A stretch of 55,807 nt of DNA from Gammaproteobacteria bacterium. GTDB lineage: Bacteria; Pseudomonadota; Gammaproteobacteria; GCA-001735895. How positions within the stretch are numbered: the first letter of the stretch is position 1; each line of letters opens with the position of its first letter. The notes under the pieces were generated by a model that was not told where the DNA came from, did no database searches, and was given only the letters and a program-made list of their open reading frames with translations. Positions 38,136 through 48,324 of the stretch are shown here, piece after piece. The stretch lies in assembly GCA_050298595.1 (NCBI GenBank), contig JBNKUM010000110.1, positions 1 through 55,807 of the forward strand. Direction: 5' to 3'. Made by a program: the position numbers and the translations under genes.

Positions 38136-38209
38136 GCCTAACGCCCGGCTAACTGAAATATTGCGGCGCGCAGCAGAGCAAAACATCCGTATGAATCAGA
38201 TTGTTAGAA
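38136..38209 (-). repeat. Solitary attC-like site
   Basis: Minus strand reads TTCTAACAA...GCGTTAGGC, 74 bp, with imperfect internal symmetry. Confidence 0.6.
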
Positions 38210-38660
38210 GATGCTTTAAACACGGCCACGTAATTTATTAAATAGGAAAGCCCACCAACCTGGGTGAATAGTCGCTAATGTGCATGTTACCTCTGACCTT
38301 TAAAGCTGGTTACTTTTAAGTCTTTAATGATCTACAAAAACTAGCGCCATATCTGAATGAAAGCAAGAACTTAGTTTCATCAACCGTTTCTCTTTAACGA
38401 TGAGCGATACGTTTTTCCTGACACATAACCTCTCCCCGAAAAAGCTCTCAAGCACCAACCTGATATCACAGGTTACAGAATCATTTTGTCTTGAGATGCA
38501 ACCCAGATGACTTTTCCAGGGAACCTCTGATTGAGTCTGTATCGAGCAGGCTGGTAAAAAACAAACTCTGGATTCAGCATGCATATGAATATCAATCTCC
38601 TTATGTAGGGGGAGTATTTTACGTTGTGTGGGTTAGGGATGATACATACGACCAACCAAA

Positions 38661-38689
38661 TGCGACCCCTATTATGCAGTAATGCGACC
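38661..38689. promoter_or_regulatory. Tandem TGCGACC site, period 22
   Basis: AATGCGACC direct repeat about 90-120 bp upstream of ATG 38779. Confidence 0.5.
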
Positions 38690-38778
38690 AAAATAAATAA
38701 ACCGGTTGTTGAGGCCAAAATCAGTTGCTTATAATGGCGATTTTTTACCCGCTACAATCAAAGAGGATCAGTAAGGTC

Positions 38779-41343
38779 ATGGCAAAGTTTCCAGAAAAAG
38801 CAAATGTCGTCATTGTTGGGCTCGGCGGCATCGTCGGTGCATCGGTAGCACACCACCTGATTGAACGCGGCTGGGACGATATCGTCGGTATCGATATGAC
38901 ATCGATTCCTACCGATTGCGGATCAACCTCGCACGCCTCTGACTTTTGTTATGCTACCGATCACAGCAATTTTACATGCTATACCACCGGCTACAGCATC
39001 GACTTCTTCGATAAGCTGGGACACTACGACCGTATAGGTGGAATCGAAGTCGCCCGCGTTGGCGATGATGACCGCATGCTGGAGTTAAAACGCAAGGTTG
39101 CCTCCGGCAAAGCCTTTGGTACCAATGTAAGCATGATCACCCCGGCTGAAGCCAAAGAGAAATTTCCATTGCTGGAAGAAGACCTCATTCAGGGCGCAAT
39201 GTGGGACCCTGACGCCGGACTGGTTAAACCGCGTTCGCAAACCGTGGTCGGTATCCTGACCGATATGGCGGAAGCCACTGGCAAGCTGCAGGTCTTTGCT
39301 AATACCCCGGCTACCGGTCTTGATATCAAGGATGGTCGCATCGTCGGCGTGGAAACCAGCCGCGGCTATATTGCAGCCAATTATGTGGTCGTTTGTACCG
39401 GTCTGTGGGGACGTACTATTGCCGACATGGCGGGCGAAGATCTGCCGGTGATGCCAGTCGACCACCCGCTGTCATTTTTCGGCCCCTTCAACGAATTCGA
39501 GGGCACCGGCAAGGATATCGGCTACCCTCTGCTGCGCGACCAGGGCAATTCTGCCTATATGCGCGATACGGGTGACCCGAAGACCGCCGAAGGTGGCCAG
39601 ATTGAATGGGGTTATTACGAAGAGAAAGAGCCACGCCTGGTACATCCGCGTGACCTCCCAGAAAAAGGCGAGACCTATTGGTCACCCTCGCAGCGTGACC
39701 TCGAACTCGAGCAAATCATGGAACCGCTGGAACGTGCCATAGAGCTGACCCCTATTCTGGGTGAACTGGGTTTTAAAGACGACCATTCCTTTAACGGACT
39801 GCTGCAAGTCACGACCGACGGGGGCCCCTCCATCGGTGAGTCTACACAAACCCGCGGCCTGTGGTACGCAGTGGCGGTGTGGGTTAAGGATGCACCGGGA
39901 ATCGCCAAGGTGCTGGTCGACTGGATGACTGATGGCTATGCCGAGCGGGATTACTTCGGCATCGACACTGCACGTCATTACCCGATTCAGAAAACACCAA
40001 GCTATATCTATGATCGCTGCTACGAATCTGCCTTCAAGATCTACAATCCACCGGTACACAACCGTGAACCCTACAGCAAAGGCCGTAATCTGCGCCGCAG
40101 TCCGTTCTGGCCGCGTGAAAAGGAACTGGGCGGTTATTTTATGGAACTGGCAGGTTGGGAGCGCGCACACGGCTACGCCTCCAACGAACACCTGCTGGAA
40201 AAATATGCCGACCAGGTACCGGTACGCGAACACGAATGGGATAATCGCCACTTCTGGCGCGTTTCCAATGCTGAACAACTGGAGATGTCAGCAAACGTTG
40301 GCATGATCAATCTGTCTCACTTTGCGGTATATGATGTCATGGGTCCTGACGCCGAAACATTGATGGAGTACACCTGCGTCGCTAAAGTCGGTGCAGACAC
40401 CCCGCTTAATAAAGGCGTATACACACATTTTCTCGACCAACGCGGCGGTGTCCGCGCAGACCTGACAGTCATTCGCCACGCGGCCAACCGTTTCCGCTTC
40501 ATCGATGGTGCCGATGCCGGTCATCGTGACTACGTCTGGCTTAAGCGTATGGCTGAAGACAATGGCTGGGATGTGACCATCGATGATCGCTCGGATCATA
40601 TCGCCTGTCTGGGTGTTTGGGGTCCAAACGCACGCAAAACCATCCAGGCCATCGCCGATGATCCGGCCGCCTGGGACAACGAAAACTTCCCCTTCGCACA
40701 TACCAAACATTTAACATTGAAAGGTATTCCGGTCGAGGCTTTTCGTATCTCTTATGTCGGTGAACAGGGCTGGGAATTGCACGTTGCATTCAGCTACGGG
40801 CTGGCATTATGGGATTTGCTCTACGAACAGGATGTGACCCCGGTTGGTGTTGAAACCTACGCCAATACCCGACGCATGGAAAAAAGCCTGCGTCTGCAGA
40901 ATGCTGACCTGTTGACTGAGTACAATCTGTACGAAGCAGGGCTTGCACGACCCAAGGTTAAAGCTGCAGATTTTTATGGCAAAGAGGCCTACGTTGCACA
41001 ACGTGAGCTGGAACATCAGGAGGCTTACCTGTGCACCTTTTCGATGATAGACAACACCGATTCGACCGGAATGGCCCGTTTTCCTGTTGGCAACTGCCCA
41101 CTCATCGATCCTGAAACCGGCGAGGTACCTGTTGACTCAAAAGGCCGTCGCTCGTTCCTGACCAGCATCGCCTTCGGCCCCAGTATCGGCAAGAATATCG
41201 GACTGGGTTACATGCCCTACGAATACTGCCAGGAAGGTCGTGAGATGCTGATCGAATACCTCGGTGAACAGTTCCCAATGAAACTGGAAGCTGTGGGCTA
41301 CAAAGCACTATACGATCCTGACAATGAGTTGCCACGCTCCTGA
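38779..41343 (+). CDS. FAD-dependent GcvT-family oxidoreductase (dimethylglycine dehydrogenase-like)
   Basis: GLGGIVG FAD site, GSTSHA, GWER, RISYVGEQGWE motifs; ATG 38779 preferred over the track start 38725. Confidence 0.9.
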   Translation: MAKFPEKANVVIVGLGGIVGASVAHHLIERGWDDIVGIDMTSIPTDCGSTSHASDFCYATDHSNFTCYTTGYSIDFFDKLGHYDRIGGIEVARVGDDDRMLELKRKVASGKAFGTNVSMITPAEAKEKFPLLEEDLIQGAMWDPDAGLVKPRSQTVVGILTDMAEATGKLQVFANTPATGLDIKDGRIVGVETSRGYIAANYVVVCTGLWGRTIADMAGEDLPVMPVDHPLSFFGPFNEFEGTGKDIGYPLLRDQGNSAYMRDTGDPKTAEGGQIEWGYYEEKEPRLVHPRDLPEKGETYWSPSQRDLELEQIMEPLERAIELTPILGELGFKDDHSFNGLLQVTTDGGPSIGESTQTRGLWYAVAVWVKDAPGIAKVLVDWMTDGYAERDYFGIDTARHYPIQKTPSYIYDRCYESAFKIYNPPVHNREPYSKGRNLRRSPFWPREKELGGYFMELAGWERAHGYASNEHLLEKYADQVPVREHEWDNRHFWRVSNAEQLEMSANVGMINLSHFAVYDVMGPDAETLMEYTCVAKVGADTPLNKGVYTHFLDQRGGVRADLTVIRHAANRFRFIDGADAGHRDYVWLKRMAEDNGWDVTIDDRSDHIACLGVWGPNARKTIQAIADDPAAWDNENFPFAHTKHLTLKGIPVEAFRISYVGEQGWELHVAFSYGLALWDLLYEQDVTPVGVETYANTRRMEKSLRLQNADLLTEYNLYEAGLARPKVKAADFYGKEAYVAQRELEHQEAYLCTFSMIDNTDSTGMARFPVGNCPLIDPETGEVPVDSKGRRSFLTSIAFGPSIGKNIGLGYMPYEYCQEGREMLIEYLGEQFPMKLEAVGYKALYDPDNELPRS

Positions 41344-41673
41344 TTTTGAACGGCAGCGTGACACAGAAAGTAGAATCCAGGTCAGATAGATAAGCTTAAT
41401 ACCGCGAGCAACGGGGCTACTGGGATACGCCCCGTGAAGTCAAACTACTGGCATCTTCAGTGAGACAGTGTCGCGTTCATGAGAACGCGATGACTACGAG
41501 TTTCGCCGTGTGATCCATCTGAGTGAAAGAAGCATCGAAAAACACGGGCAGGCATTACTCATCCTTGAAATTGAACTGGAAGGCCGGTGGATAGTCTGCC
41601 TGGAATACGAGCTACTCGTATGTTACGGATTCAGGTAAGCGCCAATCTTTTTGGGACACCCAATCTTTTTGCT

Positions 41674-41778
41674 TTAGGTTTCAGAATAGTGAACAAATAT
41701 ATCTTTCCCTCCATCGTCCGGGGCAATGAAACCAAAACCTTTATCCGCATTAAAGCTCTTTACTATACCTGTGCTCAT
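41674..41778 (-). pseudogene. Truncated cold-shock (CspA-family) gene
   Basis: Translates [34 protein letters not shown]; RNP1/RNP2 present, C-terminal half missing; not in the ORF track. Confidence 0.85.
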
Positions 41779-42165
41779 TCCTGATTTTCATCGATTTATA
41801 GTTGGATTAACTTACTTTCTTTCTGGTGCTTCTTTAGAGCTCTTTCATAAGTACACGCATTAAACCTGAAACGTATTGTTGCTGCTTTCGCCACAGGCAG
41901 AAATTAACAAAGCAGAAGGAAGAAGATAGATAAATCGAGCCATAGACAGGATAAGAACTGCGATAATGTGAGCACCGAAAGAGGAACTACATCTCCTTCT
42001 CGATCTTGACTGAATATGGGAAGCTCATCATGTGAGTTGAATATTTCTACATGCAAGTCTTTTTGGCTTCTGAGGCTATGTGAGCAATTTCTCTCAAGAA
42101 ATATGTATTCGTAGATTCTGATCGAACACTTCCAGAAATCGCTAATATATTCATTGATTGAAGAC

Positions 42166-42600
42166 TCAATTTTCAGTTGCTTTACGGACAGTAGGTTTCT
42201 TGCTTGTTAGTTTTACAGACTTTCTGTTAACGCGATTTACAGAGTCTGTAAAACCCGGTATACGAGAAAAGTTAAAACGTCTCCTAATGGCTGAAGCCGG
42301 TCTTTCCATATAGTAGAAACAATGCCTGTTTAGTCGCTTGCCTGTATGTCGGCGATCCTTTGAGGAACTTCTCCGGTCAACACATTTGAATCGGCGCGAT
42401 ACTCCAGAACAGTTTGGTTTTACTGATGATCGTCGATCAGATGGTTTACGTCGATCCTGTGCTAACTTTCTCTTTTCAATGAATTGAATCTCAGGCAGGG
42501 TAGATTTTTTGTTTTTCCGTGAAAACAATGATTCAAACAACATGTAGTTAAACTCCTCTCTACAACTTGAAATATGTCGATCTGAAAATAATGGATGCAA
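42166..42600 (-). CDS. Hypothetical basic protein with DRR repeats (start probably 42543)
   Basis: Four DRR motifs; AGAGGAG precedes the ATG at 42543. Confidence 0.5.
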   Translation of the reverse strand: MHPLFSDRHISSCREEFNYMLFESLFSRKNKKSTLPEIQFIEKRKLAQDRRKPSDRRSSVKPNCSGVSRRFKCVDRRSSSKDRRHTGKRLNRHCFYYMERPASAIRRRFNFSRIPGFTDSVNRVNRKSVKLTSKKPTVRKATEN

Positions 42601-42708
42601 AGTGGTAATACCCTGAAATAAATCAAGGTTTTATAACGCCATTCTTCATAGTCTGAGCTGCCAGCTATGAGATTTCAACCACTCACAATGACTCGTGCTA
42701 CAACTCTA

Positions 42709-44709
42709 TTAGACTGTGCTACGCCGGCGACGCTTACGCCTGGTAGTGTCTTCATCTGCTGTTTTGACTTCGAACTTTGGCAAAGAAACCCTCCTGGATA
42801 ATTCTTCAAATATCTCTGTTTTATGCGGTATCGCCATCGCCTCTATAAAGTACTCCTGAAACTTTTCCTCTATCGCCGTTTCAACCTTTTCTACTCTGGG
42901 CAAGATTTCACTTATTTCAAGACGAGAAGGAAAATTAAGTAATGCAATGCGTGCACCAGTTCCTGCTGCATTACCTACTGAGCCCACCTTATCCAGATCA
43001 CAATCGGGAATCAGGCCCAGTATCATGGCGTATTTCACATCTATATGACTGCCAAAGGCTCCGGCCAGGCCAATGCGATCGACTTTTGCTATGCCAAGGC
43101 GATTGATTAGTAGACGTATACCTGCATGCAGAGCGGCCTTGGCTAATTGAATAGCGCGCACATCATTCTGCGTGATTAGAATAGGCTTTTCAGCTGAGTA
43201 AAGCCGGTAAGAGTAGGTACGACCATCCTGTATAATTCTATCACTCTGCCTGCCTGCAACGGGGCCAATCACTCCATCCTGATTAATGATACCCGCCAGG
43301 AACATTTCAGCGACCACTTCAATAATACCTGACCCACAGATACCACTCACAGCCACTCCGCCGCTTTTATCATCCAGCCAGGCATCAGAGCCTATAACAC
43401 GAAATCGTGGTTCCAGTGTTTGTGTATCAATACGTACCCGTTCTATGGCACCCGGTGCGGCACGTTGACCGGAGCTTATTTGCGCACCTTCAAATGCCGG
43501 CCCCGTGGGGCTTGAGGCAGCAAGCAATCGATGTTTATTGCCCAATACAATTTCAGCATTAGTGCCTACATCAACCAACAATACATTTTCCTCTGCCAGG
43601 TCAGGACGCTCCGCCAGGATCACTCCAGCCGTGTCTGCCCCGATGTGACCTGCAATACAGGGTAAAACACAAACCCTGGATTCAGCATGCAGATGAATAT
43701 CAATCTCCCTTGCACGGACAACCACCATCTGATCAGTCACCAGCGTAAAAGGCGCGCTGCCTAGCGGGGTGGGATCCAGGCCTAACAGGATATGGTGCAT
43801 TATCGGGTTAGCGACTACAGTCACATCCATTATCTCATCAAGCTGTATGCCAGCTGATTTAGCGGCGCGACTACATAGTTGATTTAATGCATCCCGAACG
43901 ACACGGGTTAACTCAACCTCACCACCCTCATTCATCATAATGTAAGACACGCGACTCATCAGGTCTTCACCAAAACGAATTTGTGGGTTCATCATATCGG
44001 CTGTAGCGACCACTTCACCCGTATCCAGATTGCATAATTGGGCAGCTATGGTGGTTGAACCCAGATCAATCGCCAATCCATAAACTATCTTTTTTTCAGC
44101 TGGCCAGATGGCTATGATTTTCTGATGCTGATAAACCGCAACTGTAATGCTACGGTTAGATTTTTCTAAAGTTTTTTGCAGTAGACCAAGTTGCGATAAC
44201 TCACAGTCCATAACGGGTAGATCAAACTTTATCTTTAATTCATTTTGCAGACGACGCTTATCCGATATGGGTGATTGCATATCCGGTTCCGGCAAAGTCA
44301 CCTCATACAGACGCAGCGCAGGTTGAACCTGAATATCATAGGCAGTAACGGCTTTGGCAATATGTTGTTTATGCTGCTGGCTTGACTCAGGTACATCAAT
44401 CACCAGGTCGCCAAGAATATGGGCATTACAGGCCAGTCGTTTGCCCGGTTGCAGCCAGTTTTTATGAATATGATGGTGTTCGGTATCGGTTAATTCAGAC
44501 AGGTGGCTGGCAGCCGATACGATGTTGTGTTTTGGAAACTCACCCAACTGAGGCAGGACCTGACAGCGTCGGCATTTACCCTGTCCTCCGCAAACTGATT
44601 CCAGGTCAACCCCCAGACGTTGAGCCGCCTGAAGAACGGTTGTGCCTACATCAATCTGCCCGCGTATTCCGGATGGCATAAATAACACGGTGGCTTCTTT
44701 ATTATTCAT
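42709..44709 (-). CDS. ATP-dependent reductive activator of corrinoid enzymes (RACE; 2Fe-2S + ASKHA)
   Basis: CGGQGKCRRC..RLAC ferredoxin; DLGSTT, DVGTNAE, GPAFEG, GICGSG, AGAFGS motifs. Confidence 0.92.
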   Translation of the reverse strand: MNNKEATVLFMPSGIRGQIDVGTTVLQAAQRLGVDLESVCGGQGKCRRCQVLPQLGEFPKHNIVSAASHLSELTDTEHHHIHKNWLQPGKRLACNAHILGDLVIDVPESSQQHKQHIAKAVTAYDIQVQPALRLYEVTLPEPDMQSPISDKRRLQNELKIKFDLPVMDCELSQLGLLQKTLEKSNRSITVAVYQHQKIIAIWPAEKKIVYGLAIDLGSTTIAAQLCNLDTGEVVATADMMNPQIRFGEDLMSRVSYIMMNEGGEVELTRVVRDALNQLCSRAAKSAGIQLDEIMDVTVVANPIMHHILLGLDPTPLGSAPFTLVTDQMVVVRAREIDIHLHAESRVCVLPCIAGHIGADTAGVILAERPDLAEENVLLVDVGTNAEIVLGNKHRLLAASSPTGPAFEGAQISSGQRAAPGAIERVRIDTQTLEPRFRVIGSDAWLDDKSGGVAVSGICGSGIIEVVAEMFLAGIINQDGVIGPVAGRQSDRIIQDGRTYSYRLYSAEKPILITQNDVRAIQLAKAALHAGIRLLINRLGIAKVDRIGLAGAFGSHIDVKYAMILGLIPDCDLDKVGSVGNAAGTGARIALLNFPSRLEISEILPRVEKVETAIEEKFQEYFIEAMAIPHKTEIFEELSRRVSLPKFEVKTADEDTTRRKRRRRSTV

Positions 44710-44737
44710 ATAGACTCTATAACAAAATCATCCGACT

Positions 44738-44885
44738 GGTCATTGCGAGCTTTAGCGAGGCAATCTATGCGGTATTACAATTTTAAAACTATTTCAAATT
44801 ACTTCCCTTAGTTTCGTGAACGCTACATCCATGTAGCACTTCTGCTTCGCGAAGTTTATATCCTTTTTGGCTACTCGCAATGACC
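44738..44885. repeat. REP/MITE-like element bounded by a 12-bp perfect inverted repeat
   Basis: GGTCATTGCGAG ... CTCGCAATGACC. Confidence 0.7.
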
Positions 44886-44918
44886 GCTTCGTAAAGCGTA
44901 CTTAAAAACAATAAAGCA

Positions 44919-45827
44919 CTAACTACTACGTCTACGACCACCAGCACGACGCCCGGTACCTCTGGTTCTGGCTCCTTCTGCAGGCGGTTCTCTAAATTTC
45001 TGTATCCAGCGCGCACAATCCGGGTCTTTACCTAACATAACATCCGCACCCATACTGGCACTCACCACTTCAGCATGCAGTGGGTTGGTAATGGCTGAGG
45101 TCATTCCTGCCTGAATAGCCATGCTGATAAAAGCACCATTAAAACCATTACGATTCGGTAACCCAAAACTGATATTGGATGCTCCACAGGTCGTATTCAC
45201 TTTCAGCTCAGTGCGTAGGCGGTGGATCAGTTTTAATACTTCCTTGCCCGCATTATTGATCGCACCTATCGGCAAAACCAATGGGTCCACAACAATATCA
45301 CAGGCGGGAATGCCGTAATCCGCTGCTCGCTCTACTATCTTTTTGGCAACGTCATATCTAACATTAATATCTTCAGAGATACCTGTTTCATCATTGGATA
45401 TTGCCACTACTGCGGCTCCATATTTTTTAACCAGTGGCAATACTCTTTCCATATTCTCTTCTTCACCGGTTACCGAGTTAACAAGAGCCTTACCCTGATA
45501 CACTGAAAGACCTGCTTCCAGCGCTTCGATAATGGAAGAATCGATACTTAGCGGGACATCGGTAAGGCTTTGCACCAGCTGTAATACTTCTGCCAGAATA
45601 CGTGGCTCATCTGCCAATGGAATGCCTGCATTTACATCAAGCATATGCGCACCCGCTTCAATCTGAGCGATAGTATCTGATTCGACGCGACTGTAATCAC
45701 CGTTTTTCATTTCTTCAGCCATGATCTTACGGCCAGTAGGATTGATACGCTCTCCGATAATGACGAACGGACGATCAAAACCAATCACTAACTCTTTAGT
45801 TGCTGAACTAATTACAGTTTCAGTCAT
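44919..45827 (-). CDS. Methyltetrahydrofolate:corrinoid methyltransferase (pterin-binding domain)
   Basis: IIGERINPTGRK, LDVNAG, IDSS, DPLV, GASNISFGLP motifs. Confidence 0.92.
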   Translation of the reverse strand: MTETVISSATKELVIGFDRPFVIIGERINPTGRKIMAEEMKNGDYSRVESDTIAQIEAGAHMLDVNAGIPLADEPRILAEVLQLVQSLTDVPLSIDSSIIEALEAGLSVYQGKALVNSVTGEEENMERVLPLVKKYGAAVVAISNDETGISEDINVRYDVAKKIVERAADYGIPACDIVVDPLVLPIGAINNAGKEVLKLIHRLRTELKVNTTCGASNISFGLPNRNGFNGAFISMAIQAGMTSAITNPLHAEVVSASMGADVMLGKDPDCARWIQKFREPPAEGARTRGTGRRAGGRRRSS

Positions 45828-45874
45828 TTTAAAATCCTCTTGATTACTAAATTAAATACTACTTGATGGTGGCG

Positions 45875-46894
45875 TTATGAACGAATAACAAGAGAATCAT
45901 CCTCACACCCCGGATACCACGGTACCCGATCACCTAAAACCCCTGACTGCTGAATAATATCTTTTACTGTTTCTTCCTGCCGATAAGCCATCACGTGAAC
46001 CCCGGAAACACCTTCTATTTCACTCAGTTGCTGTACAAGTTCGACGCAGAGTTTCTGGCCTTCCAACTTTTGATTTTCTGCACCTTCCAGGCGTTTGATA
46101 ATGGTCTCCGGGATATGAATACCCGGTACATTTTTACTGATCCAGCTGGCTGTTTTTGCAGACGCAAGCGGGCCTACACCTGGCAAAATAAAACATTTTT
46201 CCAGCAATCCAAGATCTCTGGACTTTGCCATAAATTCTTTAAATTGAGATACATCAAAGATATATTGCGTTTGTATAAAATCAGCACCGGCAGCAATCTT
46301 TTTGGCCAGACGATGAGGCCGAAAATCGATAGGTGGTGCAGAAGGATTTTCTGCTGCACCGAGAAACATTTTAGGTGGCGAGGTAATTGCACGACCACTA
46401 AGATAACGGGACTCATCGCGCATGATACGGATAGTTTCCAGCAGTGAGATACTATCCAGATCAAATACCGGCTTGGCTCCCGGATGGTCTCCCACCTGAA
46501 CGCCATCACCACTCAGGCACAATACATTTTCCACACCCATGGCCGCAGCGCCCAGTACATCACCCTGTATAGCAATACGGTTTCTATCGCGACATGAGAT
46601 TTGCATGACCGGCGCATAACCCAGATTAGTCAACAAGGCGCACATGCCGATACTGGACATATGGCAATTGGCTCCTGAACCATCGGTTGCATTCATGCCA
46701 TCAACAAAGCCATCAAATATCTGCGCGCGTTGATAAACATCATCAGCCAGCGCTGAATCTGGTGGAGCCAGCTCAGCAGTTACGGTGAAATGCCCGGCCC
46801 GTAATAAGCGCTCGAGTCGGCCCCGCGATACATGCCCCTCTTTTTCGGGTAATGGCTTCGCCGCTGGATTATCGTTTTTGCCGAACATCATCAA
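45875..46894 (-). CDS. metF: Methylenetetrahydrofolate reductase
   Basis: CRDRNRIAIQ, LSGD, KKIAAGADFIQTQ, GVHVM motifs. Confidence 0.88.
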   Translation of the reverse strand: MMMFGKNDNPAAKPLPEKEGHVSRGRLERLLRAGHFTVTAELAPPDSALADDVYQRAQIFDGFVDGMNATDGSGANCHMSSIGMCALLTNLGYAPVMQISCRDRNRIAIQGDVLGAAAMGVENVLCLSGDGVQVGDHPGAKPVFDLDSISLLETIRIMRDESRYLSGRAITSPPKMFLGAAENPSAPPIDFRPHRLAKKIAAGADFIQTQYIFDVSQFKEFMAKSRDLGLLEKCFILPGVGPLASAKTASWISKNVPGIHIPETIIKRLEGAENQKLEGQKLCVELVQQLSEIEGVSGVHVMAYRQEETVKDIIQQSGVLGDRVPWYPGCEDDSLVIRS

Positions 46895-47354
46895 GCCACT
46901 TCTTTTTAGTTTCGATTTCTGATTTCACTACGCTTAACCAGGAGGATTTTTTTACCAGTAGATGATTAACAGGCAGTTGAATTTGTTTAATTTTTTCTGA
47001 ATCTCGCATATTCTGACTACCACGCCAGGCCTCAACCCAGACGCAGCGCATATCCGGTTTAACTTCACAGTTCCCATTCAATCTTACACCACCGCAGGGA
47101 CCGTTTCGTAGTGACTTTGGGCAATTCATGCTGCACGACATTCCGGTCGAACTGAGTATGCATTGACCGCACATCTGGCAGTCGAACATCAGCCCTTTTG
47201 TTGTTTTCTCAATAAAACTTATGGGCTTTTCAGCGCGATCATAACCAATTGAGTTCCACAGTGGATGCAGTTTGACAATAACTGGCTGGAAGATGTTATA
47301 AACAACTTCCAGAAATCTCGACTGAGATACCGACCATTTACGAATTAGATACAT
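46869..47354 (-). CDS. MTHFR C-terminal-domain (MetV-like) Cys-rich protein
   Basis: CQMCGQC..CSMNCPKSLRNGPCGG..CEV..CVW. Confidence 0.88.
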   Translation of the reverse strand: MYLIRKWSVSQSRFLEVVYNIFQPVIVKLHPLWNSIGYDRAEKPISFIEKTTKGLMFDCQMCGQCILSSTGMSCSMNCPKSLRNGPCGGVRLNGNCEVKPDMRCVWVEAWRGSQNMRDSEKIKQIQLPVNHLLVKKSSWLSVVKSEIETKKKWLDDVRQKR

Positions 47355-47361
47355 AGAGGTT

Positions 47362-47682
47362 TCAACCGTTCACACTTACAATCAGAGACAGATCCTTACC
47401 GCTTGCCCGAATGAGTTTATCCAGTACTTCGTCGGTATATTCCTGCTCCAGTCTTTTAGCCAGTAGTTCAGCCTGTTCGTTTATATCGCCTTCGAAGTCC
47501 TGATCTACCGAATGCCATGGATCAAACAGCGCATCTTCACCCTTCTTTTTGATCCGGTTAGAGGCTCGATCAATCGCATTTGCAAAACGGTAAGACAGAC
47601 GTAGGCGAGAATTCTTACGCCCATTTCTAACAACAACCTGACCTGGTATATCAAACCAGTAGACAATTTTTAGCTGGCCCAT
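47362..47682 (-). CDS. 'Virulence factor' domain small protein (corrinoid-cluster associated)
   Basis: IVYWFDIPGQV..L..RF..AIDRA motif. Confidence 0.75.
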   Translation of the reverse strand: MGQLKIVYWFDIPGQVVVRNGRKNSRLRLSYRFANAIDRASNRIKKKGEDALFDPWHSVDQDFEGDINEQAELLAKRLEQEYTDEVLDKLIRASGKDLSLIVSVNG

Positions 47683-48308
47683 TTGATCTCCGGTATTATC
47701 TCATGCGAAACCTGATGCATGGCGTGCTCAAATGCTGACAATATGTCTCCAGTACCCGTAAAAATACGTTCGAAACGTAGATTGAGATAATCAGCTGCCT
47801 GTTGGGCTAACTCGGTCAGTTCGCTTGAATCAGTTTGAGCCAGATAAACCAGCCGTGTGTAGTTTCCAAAATACAGAGGTAACAGCTCAGGGTGTTTGTC
47901 CAGTCCCAGAGAGCCTATCACCAGACGTTGAAAATGGCGTGCGAGAAAATCGGTGAGATAAAAGGTTCCAGGCTCTTCATCCTGTAACTGTGCATACTGC
48001 TTCTCACCTGCCAGAAAATCATAACAATGCGCACCGGGTAAACGAGAAACTCCTCGTTGCTCAAGCACTTTGTCTAAGGCGCCACTGGTGCCACAGTCAC
48101 CGTATGCAACAAAGATAGCGTCATAGTCCTGCTGTGCCCGGTCAATCCTGTCAGCAACCACCTGTGGAATTTTCTCTGGCGTGACATGCAGGTCGGCAGT
48201 AATAGCCTGCATATCAATTTTCAGGAATGGGCTCGATTTCCTGATTTCATTGAACTCATTGGCAATAGCAGCACAAGTAATCACCAAAATTCGAGCCGGA
48301 TTATTCAT
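47670..48308 (-). CDS. DUF1638 protein
   Basis: LHVTPEKI, YGDCGT, AHCYDF, TFYLTDFL, FGNYTRLVYL motifs. Confidence 0.85.
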   Translation of the reverse strand: MNNPARILVITCAAIANEFNEIRKSSPFLKIDMQAITADLHVTPEKIPQVVADRIDRAQQDYDAIFVAYGDCGTSGALDKVLEQRGVSRLPGAHCYDFLAGEKQYAQLQDEEPGTFYLTDFLARHFQRLVIGSLGLDKHPELLPLYFGNYTRLVYLAQTDSSELTELAQQAADYLNLRFERIFTGTGDILSAFEHAMHQVSHEIIPEIKWAS

Positions 48309-48324
48309 TGCATAATGACTTAGT

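Noticed and set aside
41587-41784. 65-aa plus-strand ORF
   Set aside because: Antisense shadow of the truncated cold-shock gene.
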